Assembly: GCA_019056785.1 (NCBI GenBank)
Contig: DXJV01000100.1
Span: forward strand, 1 to 64,000
Length of the DNA stretch: 64,000 nucleotides
Direction: 5' to 3'
DNA from: Candidatus Heimdallarchaeota archaeon
GTDB taxonomy: Archaea > Asgardarchaeota > Heimdallarchaeia > JABLTI01
Shown: positions 39,966-49,244 of the stretch, piece after piece
Layout of the letters: every line of letters begins with the position of its first letter
How positions within the stretch are numbered: position 1 is the first letter of the stretch
Made by a program: the position numbers and the translations under genes
The notes under the pieces: model-generated
Told to the model about the DNA's origin: nothing
Seen by the model: the letters and a program-made list of their open reading frames with translations, nothing else
The model's database searches: none

Positions 39966-40301
39966 ATGGTTACAGATGAAGAGATTGTTTCTGAAATGGA
40001 CAAATTCCGCGCAAAGATGACTGATGAAAAATACGCCCGTCATTTCAAGAATTGGAACAAAACAATGCAATACTTCTTCAATGACACAGGTGACTATTGG
40101 CACATCGTTGTTACCAATGGACAACCGGGCAAGCCCGCGAAGGGAAAAGTTGACAAACCGGATATTAACTACGAAATGTCTACAACAGACTTTTTGGATT
40201 TGATGCAAGGACGCATTTCGGGTCTCAAACTTTACAACCAGAAACGGTTGAAAATCAAAGCTTCCATGCCGGACATTCTTAAGCTGCAAAAATTAGCTTG
40301 A
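39966..40301 (+). CDS. SCP2 sterol/lipid-binding domain protein
   Basis: GKVDKPDINYEMSTTDFLDLMQGRISGLKLYNQKRLKIKASMPDILKL. Confidence 0.9.
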   Translation: MVTDEEIVSEMDKFRAKMTDEKYARHFKNWNKTMQYFFNDTGDYWHIVVTNGQPGKPAKGKVDKPDINYEMSTTDFLDLMQGRISGLKLYNQKRLKIKASMPDILKLQKLA

Positions 40302-40386
40302 ATGTCTCCCCTTTTTTCTTTCTTTTTTTAAACTTTAGCCAACAATTTAAAAAGCTGAAGAATATGTTTCTTTTTAATAACAGGAG

Positions 40387-41355
40387 ATGAATTATCCCAT
40401 GCCAAGGCGGCCTGATGCTGAACTTATCAAAACATCAAAGTTTCGCGAGCTGGAATTTTATGTCATGCCAACTCGAGCAGAGAGCATGATCTTTTATTAC
40501 ATGCAGATTGATCTGACACACACGTTAGAATTTCTGGAAGAATACAACAAAAATCGCTGTGAAGAGGATAAGCTTACTCTCTTTCAGCTTCTCCTAACTG
40601 CAGGGGTGCGAACAATTGCTTACCGGCCAAAGGTCAATCGGTTTGTTGCCGGGCGACGGTTATGGCAACGCAATCAAATCCTTTTCTCTTTTGTGGTCAA
40701 TAAATCCAAAACAGAAGCTGGTGAAGAAGTTCTTGCTATGATTGAATTTGATCCCTTTGACACTCTCGAGACTGTGCAAAAAAGAGTCAGCGAAAAAATT
40801 CACGAAGCTCGCTATGGTGAAAATAAAAATGAAAAGGACATCAAATTTTATGGCGCCATGCCCCGCTTTTTAATTCGCTTTATTTTCTGGTTCGTTCGCT
40901 GGCTGGATGAACACAATCATCCTCCCTATTTCATAACTCGAGATATGCCTCTTTGGTGTTCTGTGTTCATCGCTCATCTGGGCTCAATAAATATCGATTC
41001 AGTTTATCATCATCTTTACAATCTTGGGACAGCAAGCTTTTTCATCACAATTGGAAAAATCCACAAAGCCACCGTATTAAATCAAGAAACCAATGACATT
41101 GAGATAAAACAGGTAGTGGACCTTCGGCTTACAATTGATGATCGCATTGCCAATGGCATTTATACCGGACGAACCGTAGATATGCTCAAAAATTTCATTG
41201 AACATCCAGAGCCACTTCTCGAACCACCGGCACTTACTGATGAACAACTAGATGCTTTAAAGTTGAAAAAATACAAAAAAGAACGCCTTGCTCGCGAAAA
41301 GCAACGCCGGAAAGAACTGCGACAAGCAAAACGGCGTAACAGAACAAAACAATAA
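40387..41355 (+). CDS. 2-oxoacid dehydrogenase E2-like acyltransferase catalytic-domain protein (no lipoyl domain)
   Basis: PKVNRFV, AHLGSI, TIDDRIANG in place of DHRxxDG. Confidence 0.82.
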   Translation: MNYPMPRRPDAELIKTSKFRELEFYVMPTRAESMIFYYMQIDLTHTLEFLEEYNKNRCEEDKLTLFQLLLTAGVRTIAYRPKVNRFVAGRRLWQRNQILFSFVVNKSKTEAGEEVLAMIEFDPFDTLETVQKRVSEKIHEARYGENKNEKDIKFYGAMPRFLIRFIFWFVRWLDEHNHPPYFITRDMPLWCSVFIAHLGSINIDSVYHHLYNLGTASFFITIGKIHKATVLNQETNDIEIKQVVDLRLTIDDRIANGIYTGRTVDMLKNFIEHPEPLLEPPALTDEQLDALKLKKYKKERLAREKQRRKELRQAKRRNRTKQ

Positions 41356-41433
41356 AGAACAAGCTACTTTCTTTCAGAACGATAAATTAAGCTCTGTGCA
41401 CCTTAATCTCTGCTTAATTTTTTCTCGGTCGTC

Positions 41434-42267
41434 TTAAAGTAATTTGAGTAATTTATGACCTTGAATGGAAAGCCCAAATAAATCTGTTGGGAGCGTTTCT
41501 GCCAGTGTTTCTGTTATTTGGAATAATTTTTGCGCAGAGGGCGCTTTTGCTCCTCCAAGAGGCGTGACGGGTTGCACGACAATCGGGATAACAATTTCGC
41601 GCAATTTATTGGCAATCATTTGAACATCATTCAAATTCGTGTCTTCAGTGACCACCAGTTTTGCAAATACTTTTGCGGGGAAGTTATTTAAAATAGAGAG
41701 TGATGTTAGTTCTCTCTCGACCAATTTTTCCCAATTACCCTTTTTTACGCTGTTGGCACTCCGGTCTTTTATATCAACACACGCATAGCTAATTAATGGA
41801 GCCACTTTTTCAATCCGCTGAGGGTAGTAGCCATTTGTTTCAAGGTAAATAGGGATTTCCAATTCGTAAAGTTTGTTTGTCAATTCATAGAAAAATTCTT
41901 CCTGAAAAGTTGGTTCACCCCCCGTAAGAGAGACAGAATGAAGGTCCTTTGTGGAGAGGTTAAGAATTTGCTCGATTGTAAAATCAACAGTTACGGGATT
42001 AGCGGTGGTGGTGAATTTCCAACTTCCAGGGACAGTTTCAACTCGACAAGTAGGGGCGTTGACATCACGGGAAGAGGCAGTATCACACCAGATACAATGT
42101 AAATTGCATCCCGCCAGTCTTACAAAGATTTGCCGCCGTCCAAAACATGAGCCGCGAACAACACCACCTTCTCCTTGAAAAGAGCTAAAAATTTCGATAA
42201 GGCTTCCTTTCACAGGTGATTGTTGTTTACGCTCGCCGGCGAGGACTTCAGTCATTTTTTCTATCAA
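41434..42267 (-). CDS. queE: 7-carboxy-7-deazaguanine synthase
   Basis: EIFSSFQGEG, FVRLAGCNLHCIWCDT, LTGGEP, ETNG, QGHK. Confidence 0.94.
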   Translation of the reverse strand: MIEKMTEVLAGERKQQSPVKGSLIEIFSSFQGEGGVVRGSCFGRRQIFVRLAGCNLHCIWCDTASSRDVNAPTCRVETVPGSWKFTTTANPVTVDFTIEQILNLSTKDLHSVSLTGGEPTFQEEFFYELTNKLYELEIPIYLETNGYYPQRIEKVAPLISYACVDIKDRSANSVKKGNWEKLVERELTSLSILNNFPAKVFAKLVVTEDTNLNDVQMIANKLREIVIPIVVQPVTPLGGAKAPSAQKLFQITETLAETLPTDLFGLSIQGHKLLKLL

Positions 42268-42321
42268 CTCAGTATTTTTTATAGTATTGTGCTATTTCAT
42301 CCTTAACCCTTTTTTATAACA

Positions 42322-43110
42322 TCATTTTTCATTCCTGGAGATTGGTGTATAGATAGTGGGATCAGGAACAGCACTTTCCTTAAAGCCCCTCTTTCGACGT
42401 TGACAACTTTCACAATGAGCGCAATGAATGGGGCGTCCAGCGACATCTAACCCTCTTGGCTCATAGCAAGAATTGCTATATTCGAAAGGGGTTGCCAGCT
42501 TCTTGCCTAGTTTAATAATTGCTGCTTTATTTAATTTTGCGAGAGGAGAAATAATCTGTACGTGCGCTTTCAGGATTCCTCGCGACGCCGCGCGGGTAAA
42601 ATCATCAATAAATTCCTGAGTGTTATCGGGGAAGGTTGTACCTTCCTCGAGATTAAAACCGGTGATAATGTCTACTTTGCCTTTGAGAGTTTCAGCATAA
42701 GCCGCTGCAATAGCAAGGAATAAAAGGTTTCTGCCCGGAATCCAAACTGCTTTGGCACTTGCTTGACTTTTGTTGAAGTCCTCAAGCTCTTGTGCAGTAG
42801 GGTGAGGGAGTGTTGTAGAACTGCCTTGAATTAAAGCGCTATTTGTCCGCCTTGCAAAGTCTGCTAAAAAGTCCAATGTGAGAAACTCATGTTGGGAAAC
42901 TTCTGCAAGCTCGCCCAATTTTTTCGCGACGGTTTTTAATACCTTTTCCTCTTTAGAGCCATATAAAAAGGTAAGACAAACAACACGCTTATAAGGTTCT
43001 TTTTTTGCCCACCAAAGACAAACAGTGGAATCTAGGCCACCACTCAAAAGAACAATAGCTGATTTTTCTGTACCGCTCATTCTCCAACGCTTCTTTATTG
43101 TTTGATTCAA
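42322..43110 (-). CDS. queC: 7-cyano-7-deazaguanine synthase
   Basis: LSGGLDS, PGRN, FPD, SCY...HCAHCESC; likely start at the MSGTEK Met. Confidence 0.95.
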   Translation of the reverse strand: MNQTIKKRWRMSGTEKSAIVLLSGGLDSTVCLWWAKKEPYKRVVCLTFLYGSKEEKVLKTVAKKLGELAEVSQHEFLTLDFLADFARRTNSALIQGSSTTLPHPTAQELEDFNKSQASAKAVWIPGRNLLFLAIAAAYAETLKGKVDIITGFNLEEGTTFPDNTQEFIDDFTRAASRGILKAHVQIISPLAKLNKAAIIKLGKKLATPFEYSNSCYEPRGLDVAGRPIHCAHCESCQRRKRGFKESAVPDPTIYTPISRNEK

Positions 43111-43694
43111 TCACTCTTTGACGCCCGTGCAAGTATCTCCTTTGCACTAACGAGGTAGTGAACTTTTATCTGTTGTTCTGCTTCAAATGCTGCCAGACCA
43201 TCTGGCGTTCGATCAATAAAAACAAACATCTCTTGTACTTCTGCCCCCTCCTCACGTAAGGCCTGGATAGCGAAAACTTTGCTAAAACCACTCGAGATAA
43301 GATCATCCACCAGGAGAATTTTTTGCCCTTTTCGAATGGTACCTTCGATCATTTTTTTCAAGCCATGCTTCTTAGGTTCTTTGCGCAGAATGTAATAGGG
43401 TTGTTGGAGTTTATAGGCGAGCAAAGTACCAAATGGTATTGCTGCTAACGGAATAGCTACAATGCCCTCAAATGCAACATGCTCCTGCCGGAGATATTTT
43501 ACTGCTTCCGAAACAAGAGCATCAAACTCTGCGGGAAAGTTGGGAATGATACGCATGTCAATATAATATTTCGACTTGGCACCTGACGCAAGGGTGAAAT
43601 CACCGAACTTTAGCGCCCCGGTACGTTCGAGAATCTCAAAGACTTTTGTCTTGGAAAAGGCCGTCTGTTTTGCAACCAATTTAATCACTGCCAA
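43107..43694 (-). CDS. pyrE: Orotate phosphoribosyltransferase
   Basis: GDFTLASG..S.YYIDMR, RKEPKKHG, VDDLISSG. Confidence 0.95.
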   Translation of the reverse strand: MAVIKLVAKQTAFSKTKVFEILERTGALKFGDFTLASGAKSKYYIDMRIIPNFPAEFDALVSEAVKYLRQEHVAFEGIVAIPLAAIPFGTLLAYKLQQPYYILRKEPKKHGLKKMIEGTIRKGQKILLVDDLISSGFSKVFAIQALREEGAEVQEMFVFIDRTPDGLAAFEAEQQIKVHYLVSAKEILARASKSD

Positions 43695-43889
43695 TAATAA
43701 TAAGGGAAAAGAGTTCTTCTTTTATCTTTTGTGGCAAAGTAAGAATTTTCCTGCTAAAAAAGGACTGCTTTTTACCATTAAAACAAAAACCAACCTCACC
43801 GACCATTTTTTAAATAAGGAGTCGCCTCTGTTTCACTGCAAATTTTACAGCAACCGAGTTAAAGTGAAGAACAGAAACTTACAAAGGTT

Positions 43890-45245
43890 GTGAAACTAAA
43901 AATGGAACCGACACGAGTAATCATCATGGGAGCCGCCGGAAGAGACTTCCATAATTTTAACACGTATTTTAGAGACAATGAGAATTACGAGGTAGTTGCG
44001 TTTACTGCAACACAAATACCTGATATTGAAGGCAGAGTTTACCCAAAAGAACTCGCAGGAAAACTCTACCCAAAAGGAATCCCAATTTATGATGAAGCAA
44101 AACTACCAGAAGTAATCGAGAAAACAAAGGCTGATGTCTGTGTGCTTTCTTACAGCGACCTACCATTTGACTATGTAATGCATCTGGCATCAAAAGTAAT
44201 GGCTCTCGGACCAAACTTCTGGATGTTAGGGAAGAAAAAGACATCCTTGAAATCAAGCAAGCCAGTAATCTCCGTTTGTGCAATACGAACTGGCTGCGGC
44301 AAGAGCCAGACCACAAGGAAACTGGCGGTTTCACTATCGGAACTGGGCTTAAAAGTTGTTGCTTGCAGACACCCAATGCCCTATGATCCTGATTTGAATT
44401 CTCAAGCATGCCAACGCTATGGTAGCCTCGAAGACCTTGATAAATATCGTTGCACAATTGAAGAGCGCGAAGAATATGAACCACTAATTACTAATGGTAT
44501 TACCCTTTATGCTGGCGTAGATTATGAACACATTCTTCGTGAAGCTGAAAAGGAGGCTGACATCATTATTTGGGACGGCGGGAACAATGATTTCCCCTTC
44601 TTCAAATCCGACTTGGAAATTGTTGTGGTTGACCCTCTCCGACCTGGTCATGAGGTTAGTTATTACCCCGGTGAAGTGAATTTACGCACTGCCGATGTTA
44701 TTGTCATTAACAAGATGGTTTCTGCCAGCCCGGAGGATATTACCACAGTCAGGAAGAATATCGCAAAATACAATCCCAAGGCAACTGTTATTGATGCTGC
44801 GTCTCCCTTGACTGTTGAAGGCTGGGAAAAGATCAAAGGTAAGCGTGTTCTTGTAGTTGAAGATGGCCCAACATTAACCCATGGTGAGATGGAATATGGT
44901 GCAGGGGCTGTTGCAGCTTGGAAATTTGGCGCTAAAGAATTAGTTGACCCCCGCCCCTATGCTGTGGGCTCAATTAAAACCACATATGAGAAGTATTCCC
45001 ATCTTGGAACAATTCTCCCCGCCATGGGCTATGGCAAGAAACAAATCGAGGAACTTGAGAAGACTATCAACGCAGTCGATTGTGACCTTGTTCTCGTTGG
45101 AACGCCCATCGACCTTGGGCGTATTGTTAACATTAAGCATGAAGCTGTACGGGTGAAATACGACCTCCAAGAAATTGGCCATCCAACATTAATGGATATT
45201 GTGAAACCCTTCCTCGAAAAGAAAGGCTTATTAAAAGATGCGTAG
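43890..45245 (+). CDS. Cyclic 2,3-diphosphoglycerate synthetase-like P-loop protein
   Basis: MGAAGRDFHNFN, RTGCGKSQT, RHPMPY, TIEEREEYEP, WDGGNND, EDGPTLTHG, PAMGY. Confidence 0.9.
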   Translation: MKLKMEPTRVIIMGAAGRDFHNFNTYFRDNENYEVVAFTATQIPDIEGRVYPKELAGKLYPKGIPIYDEAKLPEVIEKTKADVCVLSYSDLPFDYVMHLASKVMALGPNFWMLGKKKTSLKSSKPVISVCAIRTGCGKSQTTRKLAVSLSELGLKVVACRHPMPYDPDLNSQACQRYGSLEDLDKYRCTIEEREEYEPLITNGITLYAGVDYEHILREAEKEADIIIWDGGNNDFPFFKSDLEIVVVDPLRPGHEVSYYPGEVNLRTADVIVINKMVSASPEDITTVRKNIAKYNPKATVIDAASPLTVEGWEKIKGKRVLVVEDGPTLTHGEMEYGAGAVAAWKFGAKELVDPRPYAVGSIKTTYEKYSHLGTILPAMGYGKKQIEELEKTINAVDCDLVLVGTPIDLGRIVNIKHEAVRVKYDLQEIGHPTLMDIVKPFLEKKGLLKDA

Positions 45246-45287
45246 ATCTCCTATCGGCTGAAACTAGCGCGTTCTGTACGTTTCTGC

Positions 45288-46238
45288 CTATTCCTTCTCT
45301 TTTTTCTGTTTCTTTTTTTTGCATTCATTTTTGAATTTCTTCCGCAGATCTTGTAATTGCTGACGGATGTCTTCTTGTGGTCGGCTCCCTTTTAGCCCTA
45401 AAATGCTTTTATCCTTAATTGCCAGTAAGACAGAGATCAATCGCAAGTCTCCAAGACCGGTGATTGATGCATATCCGCGATCTGCCACAACAATACAAAG
45501 CTCTTTACTTACTTTACAGCCATTCTCAGGGTTAATGATTTCGGCGATGACTTTGTTCTTTTCAAGGTTCACCCGGAACTGTATCCCATTCAATGTTTCG
45601 ATCACTTCATGCCGGTCATTAATTGTAAAGCCTATTTTCCGAACAATCTCTTCGGTAGTCTTCAAGTTAAAACCAACAGGTAAGTATTCTGTTGTAGGTT
45701 TCTCGAGGACGATTTCTTTGGCACACTCTCTAAAGAGTTCCATCAAGTCTTCTGGCTCGCGCCACTCGCGAAGTGAAAAATGCCGGATATTCAATTCTGT
45801 GAAGAGTTTCTGGAACTTGTTTTTTAATCGTGTTCGTGCTTGTTTACTTTTAAACGGAGGGACAAGAATTATGAATTCGTAGAGTGCGTTCAATTTATCT
45901 ATCGTTAACTCGATTATTTCTCGAACAAAATCAACGCTCCCCCCCTTCCCCTCACACATAAACAGATATTTACGCGCACCAAGATAATAGTTAGGCATTA
46001 TCGTCCGATGAATAATGTTATTAAAAGAAGTAATCCATATTTGAAGGTTCATTTCTCCCTCGGGGGTCCGTGTTTTGAACACCACAGGATCGATGCCGAT
46101 AATTTCCATGAGGTTGCTGAGGTGATGACTCGTTACCTCACGGACAGCTTTATGAAATTTTGTTTGCAAGTCTGTCGGTTCAAGTGTTAAAACTATCTTC
46201 GCTAAAAATCGAGGCATGACTTTCCCTGCTTTTTTCAT
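45288..46238 (-). CDS. Degenerate Rab-like GTPase domain fused to an unknown Cys-containing domain
   Basis: AKIVL...IGID...NLQIWIT...MPNYYLGA follows Rab topology but lacks G1/G3/G4. Confidence 0.6.
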   Translation of the reverse strand: MKKAGKVMPRFLAKIVLTLEPTDLQTKFHKAVREVTSHHLSNLMEIIGIDPVVFKTRTPEGEMNLQIWITSFNNIIHRTIMPNYYLGARKYLFMCEGKGGSVDFVREIIELTIDKLNALYEFIILVPPFKSKQARTRLKNKFQKLFTELNIRHFSLREWREPEDLMELFRECAKEIVLEKPTTEYLPVGFNLKTTEEIVRKIGFTINDRHEVIETLNGIQFRVNLEKNKVIAEIINPENGCKVSKELCIVVADRGYASITGLGDLRLISVLLAIKDKSILGLKGSRPQEDIRQQLQDLRKKFKNECKKKKQKKEKE

Positions 46239-46560
46239 TCGTTTTGTATGTCAAAAAGATTCGTCTTTATTTAATATATCTTTTTTCAATTGTACCTTCA
46301 AGAATTCTCAAGAAAATACCATGGCTTCAATCAGTACTACGACTATCAAATAAACAAAATGAAAAAATAGACAGCCGGCCCAAAAAGAAGATAAACGAGT
46401 TCTTTTTTCTTTCTCACCTTCCATAAAAAAGGGAAGGCTTCTTTAAGAGCATTTTTAGTTGCTCTTTTCTTCTTACAAAAGCTTACTAAACAACGCTTCT
46501 AGCAGAAGGAAAAAATTAAGCTTTAAATAAGAGCTTTCCCCATACATTTCTGGAAAAATT

Positions 46561-47898
46561 GTGGTGGGTGTTATGTTTAAGACAAAAAGATTGTTAATAG
46601 TGATCTTTACTGTTTTAATATTGAGCCAAACCCCTTATAGTTTGGCTGAAAATCCTTCAACAATTATTAGCTATGAGGGAACGAAAGCTTGGGAAATGCC
46701 ACAACAACTTTTTCCCAGTAATTCTCTTTTATTTGTGAAAAACCCACAAATACTTTCAAATGAACAGGGTAAGCAAGTCGCTCTGTGGATAGCTTATAAC
46801 GAAACGTACTCTGAAATCCATTGTCAGACATTTACCGGAGAAAGCTGGCTTCTGAACAACACTATTTTTATTATTTCTGGTAATTATACACAAATCTCAA
46901 CATTCAAAGCTGTCTTGGACAGTGAGAACAAACTACATGTCGTTTGGAAGGATGCGGGGGTCCATTATCGCTCTTTATGGAATAATGTTCTTTCTCTTGT
47001 AATCGATCTTCAGGATATGTACCCCACTTTTGATCTGGCTCTTCTCTCTTCGAATCGTCTCGCTTTGGTTGGTCAGGAAGAGAACAATTTAGTCTATCTC
47101 ATTTTTGATGGTAATAGTTGGAGCGAAAGTACGACCATTATTAATTTCGATGACTTGGAGGTCCCATATTATATTCATACTTTGGACCTTGCAGCCGGAA
47201 CAAATGATAATCTCTTTGTTTGTTGTACGGGTTCAAAATATGACCCAATAGAAGAAAGATCTGTAGAAATACTGCTTTGCTTATTCTATGATGGAACAAC
47301 TTGGCAAAGAACCTCAGAACCATCAGTAGAAAAACCGTACATTGGAAAGGTTACTTTTGATGAGACCGGAAAAGTGCATCTCTTTTATACCTCATTTAAT
47401 TCGGGGAATGTTCTTTGGCATCAAGTTTGGCTGAACAAATGGAGCAAAGTTGAAAAGGCCGTCGAATTTCCCCAGGACAATACGGAGAGGCATTGGAGTA
47501 GTATTATAAACCACGATGTTGCCATTTCAGGTTCAGACATCTTTATTGCTATGGCAGCAACAGAGTGGACAACCATCGGATTTAATCTCGATCTGCTCAT
47601 CGCACACTATCGGAGCGGTTGGCAGTGGGAGCCAATTTTTGATGATGATGACTCTTATATCTATGAAACGTCTATTGCTATCAACAAAAATGGTGATGTT
47701 TTCTTGCTGGCTATTGAGAATTTTACTCCGAACAACTTTACCTGTGCAGACCTCATTTTTCTCTATGGTGAAAAACTATTCAACTATAAATCATCACATA
47801 GTATTGGCTTCAATCTTCCAACAACGATCCTTCTTTCCTCAGTAACAGTAGCAATGTTTGTATTAATAAGGCGAAGGAAGAACAGACAAAACCTCTAA
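46561..47898 (+). CDS. Secreted beta-rich (propeller-like) protein with C-terminal membrane anchor
   Basis: Signal peptide; repeated D..GKVHL/W.. units; C-terminal TM plus RRRK. Confidence 0.78.
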   Translation: MVGVMFKTKRLLIVIFTVLILSQTPYSLAENPSTIISYEGTKAWEMPQQLFPSNSLLFVKNPQILSNEQGKQVALWIAYNETYSEIHCQTFTGESWLLNNTIFIISGNYTQISTFKAVLDSENKLHVVWKDAGVHYRSLWNNVLSLVIDLQDMYPTFDLALLSSNRLALVGQEENNLVYLIFDGNSWSESTTIINFDDLEVPYYIHTLDLAAGTNDNLFVCCTGSKYDPIEERSVEILLCLFYDGTTWQRTSEPSVEKPYIGKVTFDETGKVHLFYTSFNSGNVLWHQVWLNKWSKVEKAVEFPQDNTERHWSSIINHDVAISGSDIFIAMAATEWTTIGFNLDLLIAHYRSGWQWEPIFDDDDSYIYETSIAINKNGDVFLLAIENFTPNNFTCADLIFLYGEKLFNYKSSHSIGFNLPTTILLSSVTVAMFVLIRRRKNRQNL

Positions 47899-47978
47899 AT
47901 TTCTTCCTTTTTTTGAATTTTCAAATAAAAATCCATAGTTTTATAAATTCATTCACAGCAATTTACCATAGGTCTATT

Positions 47979-48003
47979 GGACGTGTGGCTTAGTTTGGAT
48001 AGA
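47979..48003 (+). pseudogene. Isolated 5' piece (positions about 1-23) of an Arg-type tRNA
   Basis: GGACGTG TG GCTT AGTTTGGATA GA; TATA-like TTATAAA at 47941; acceptor strand complementary to 51185-51191. Confidence 0.85.
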
Positions 48004-48133
48004 TGTTTTTGAAAAGAAAAATCCTAACTTGAAAAAATTTGTTCATAACATTAGCAATTATAATTATTTGATTATAATGATTATCATGAGCTAAATTATC
48101 CAAAAAATAAATAAAAAAGTGTAAGAAAGTATT

Positions 48134-48568
48134 TTACTCTTTTATAGTTCCTTCTTCTTTTGCTTTTTCAATCAAAGGTAGTAAATCCATTGTTGGGATC
48201 ATTGGCGCATATTGTCCCCAGGTCCACTTATCTTTTTTGTTGCGAATCTTACCTATAATATAGTAACCAAAACGATAACTATCTTTGAATTTATATTTCG
48301 CTATTTGGTCCTTCTCACCTTCTGATTTTTGGTGTTCTAAACGTAAAATTTCAAACACTTTTTCAGGGTTATCGGTTTCTGTCATGTAAGTAGCAGCAAC
48401 CACTTTCAAGAAATGGTGTCCTTTTCGAGAAATATCTTTGACTTTGATCAATCGCCCTATTTCTTTTTGCTTTTTCCTTTCAATAAATTCTTCGGCTGTT
48501 TCAGCCACAATTATCACCGTAGGTAAAATAATTCTTAGATTAATAAAAATTATGTTACCAGAAATCAC
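48134..48568 (-). CDS. Hypothetical protein (element cargo)
   Basis: Plausible globular ORF (YRFGYYIIGK...WTWGQYAPMIP); start likely the internal GTG (VAETAEE). Confidence 0.7.
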   Translation of the reverse strand: MISGNIIFINLRIILPTVIIVAETAEEFIERKKQKEIGRLIKVKDISRKGHHFLKVVAATYMTETDNPEKVFEILRLEHQKSEGEKDQIAKYKFKDSYRFGYYIIGKIRNKKDKWTWGQYAPMIPTMDLLPLIEKAKEEGTIKE

Positions 48569-48987
48569 AATTAATTTAAAATAATCAGTTATTCGGTATT
48601 TTTATTTTGTTCTATTTGCTCTTCGGCTTTTTGTTCTTCCTTTACGATCATTCATCAGTTGGGAATATTCTCAGTCAGATTTTTTTAATTTGTATTTTTA
48701 TATTTACAAAATTCAAGAGAATACCCACAAATAAATAGAACTCGAAAAGTTTGAATAATTCCTTGAAAATCATTTTCATCTGTTATTTGTAGTATTTCAT
48801 CTATTTGTTTCAAAGTATATTGGTTGTTACATTTATCAGTCAAAAATTAATCACGACTTTTTATTCAATTTCTGGTACATGAAGTTATTTTAGATTGTTC
48901 GGACTTAACGTCTTTGGAGCAGACTCGCGTCGTTTCTATTCATCATCCAAGGTTCACAACGCTTCTTGTGTGAAGTTATTGATTCTC

Positions 48988-49155
48988 TCATTTATTATTC
49001 ATTTTTTTACAAATAAAGGAACTGTTTTCATAGGTGATGCCTATCGTATCGCCTTTTTTAATTCCCATCGCATTTACTATCTCAATTGGTATGGAGAGTT
49101 TGTATACTCCTGCATTATAAATTACTTTTCGTTCAAAAACTATTTTTCCTGACAT
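48988..49155 (-). CDS. AbrB/MazE/SpoVT family DNA-binding protein (55 aa)
   Basis: Manual translation MSGKIVFERKVIYNAGVYKLSIPIEIVNAMGIKKGDTIGITYENSSFICKKMNNK*; divergent from the nuclease gene; below the ORF cutoff. Confidence 0.85.
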   Translation of the reverse strand: MSGKIVFERKVIYNAGVYKLSIPIEIVNAMGIKKGDTIGITYENSSFICKKMNNK

Positions 49156-49244
49156 ATGCTTTTTCCCTATCTTTTCTTCTTGTGCAGAATATTTAAATAT
49201 TATCGTTTCTATACATAATATGTATAGTTTATGTACGGTAAATT

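Noticed and set aside
48915-48960. Possible missing middle exon of the broken tRNA (GCGTCG...TTCTA...AAGGTT)
   Set aside because: It does not fold into an anticodon arm and does not end in the required AGCG(G).
48895-49152. 85-aa + strand ORF
   Set aside because: It overlaps the better-supported AbrB gene on the opposite strand.
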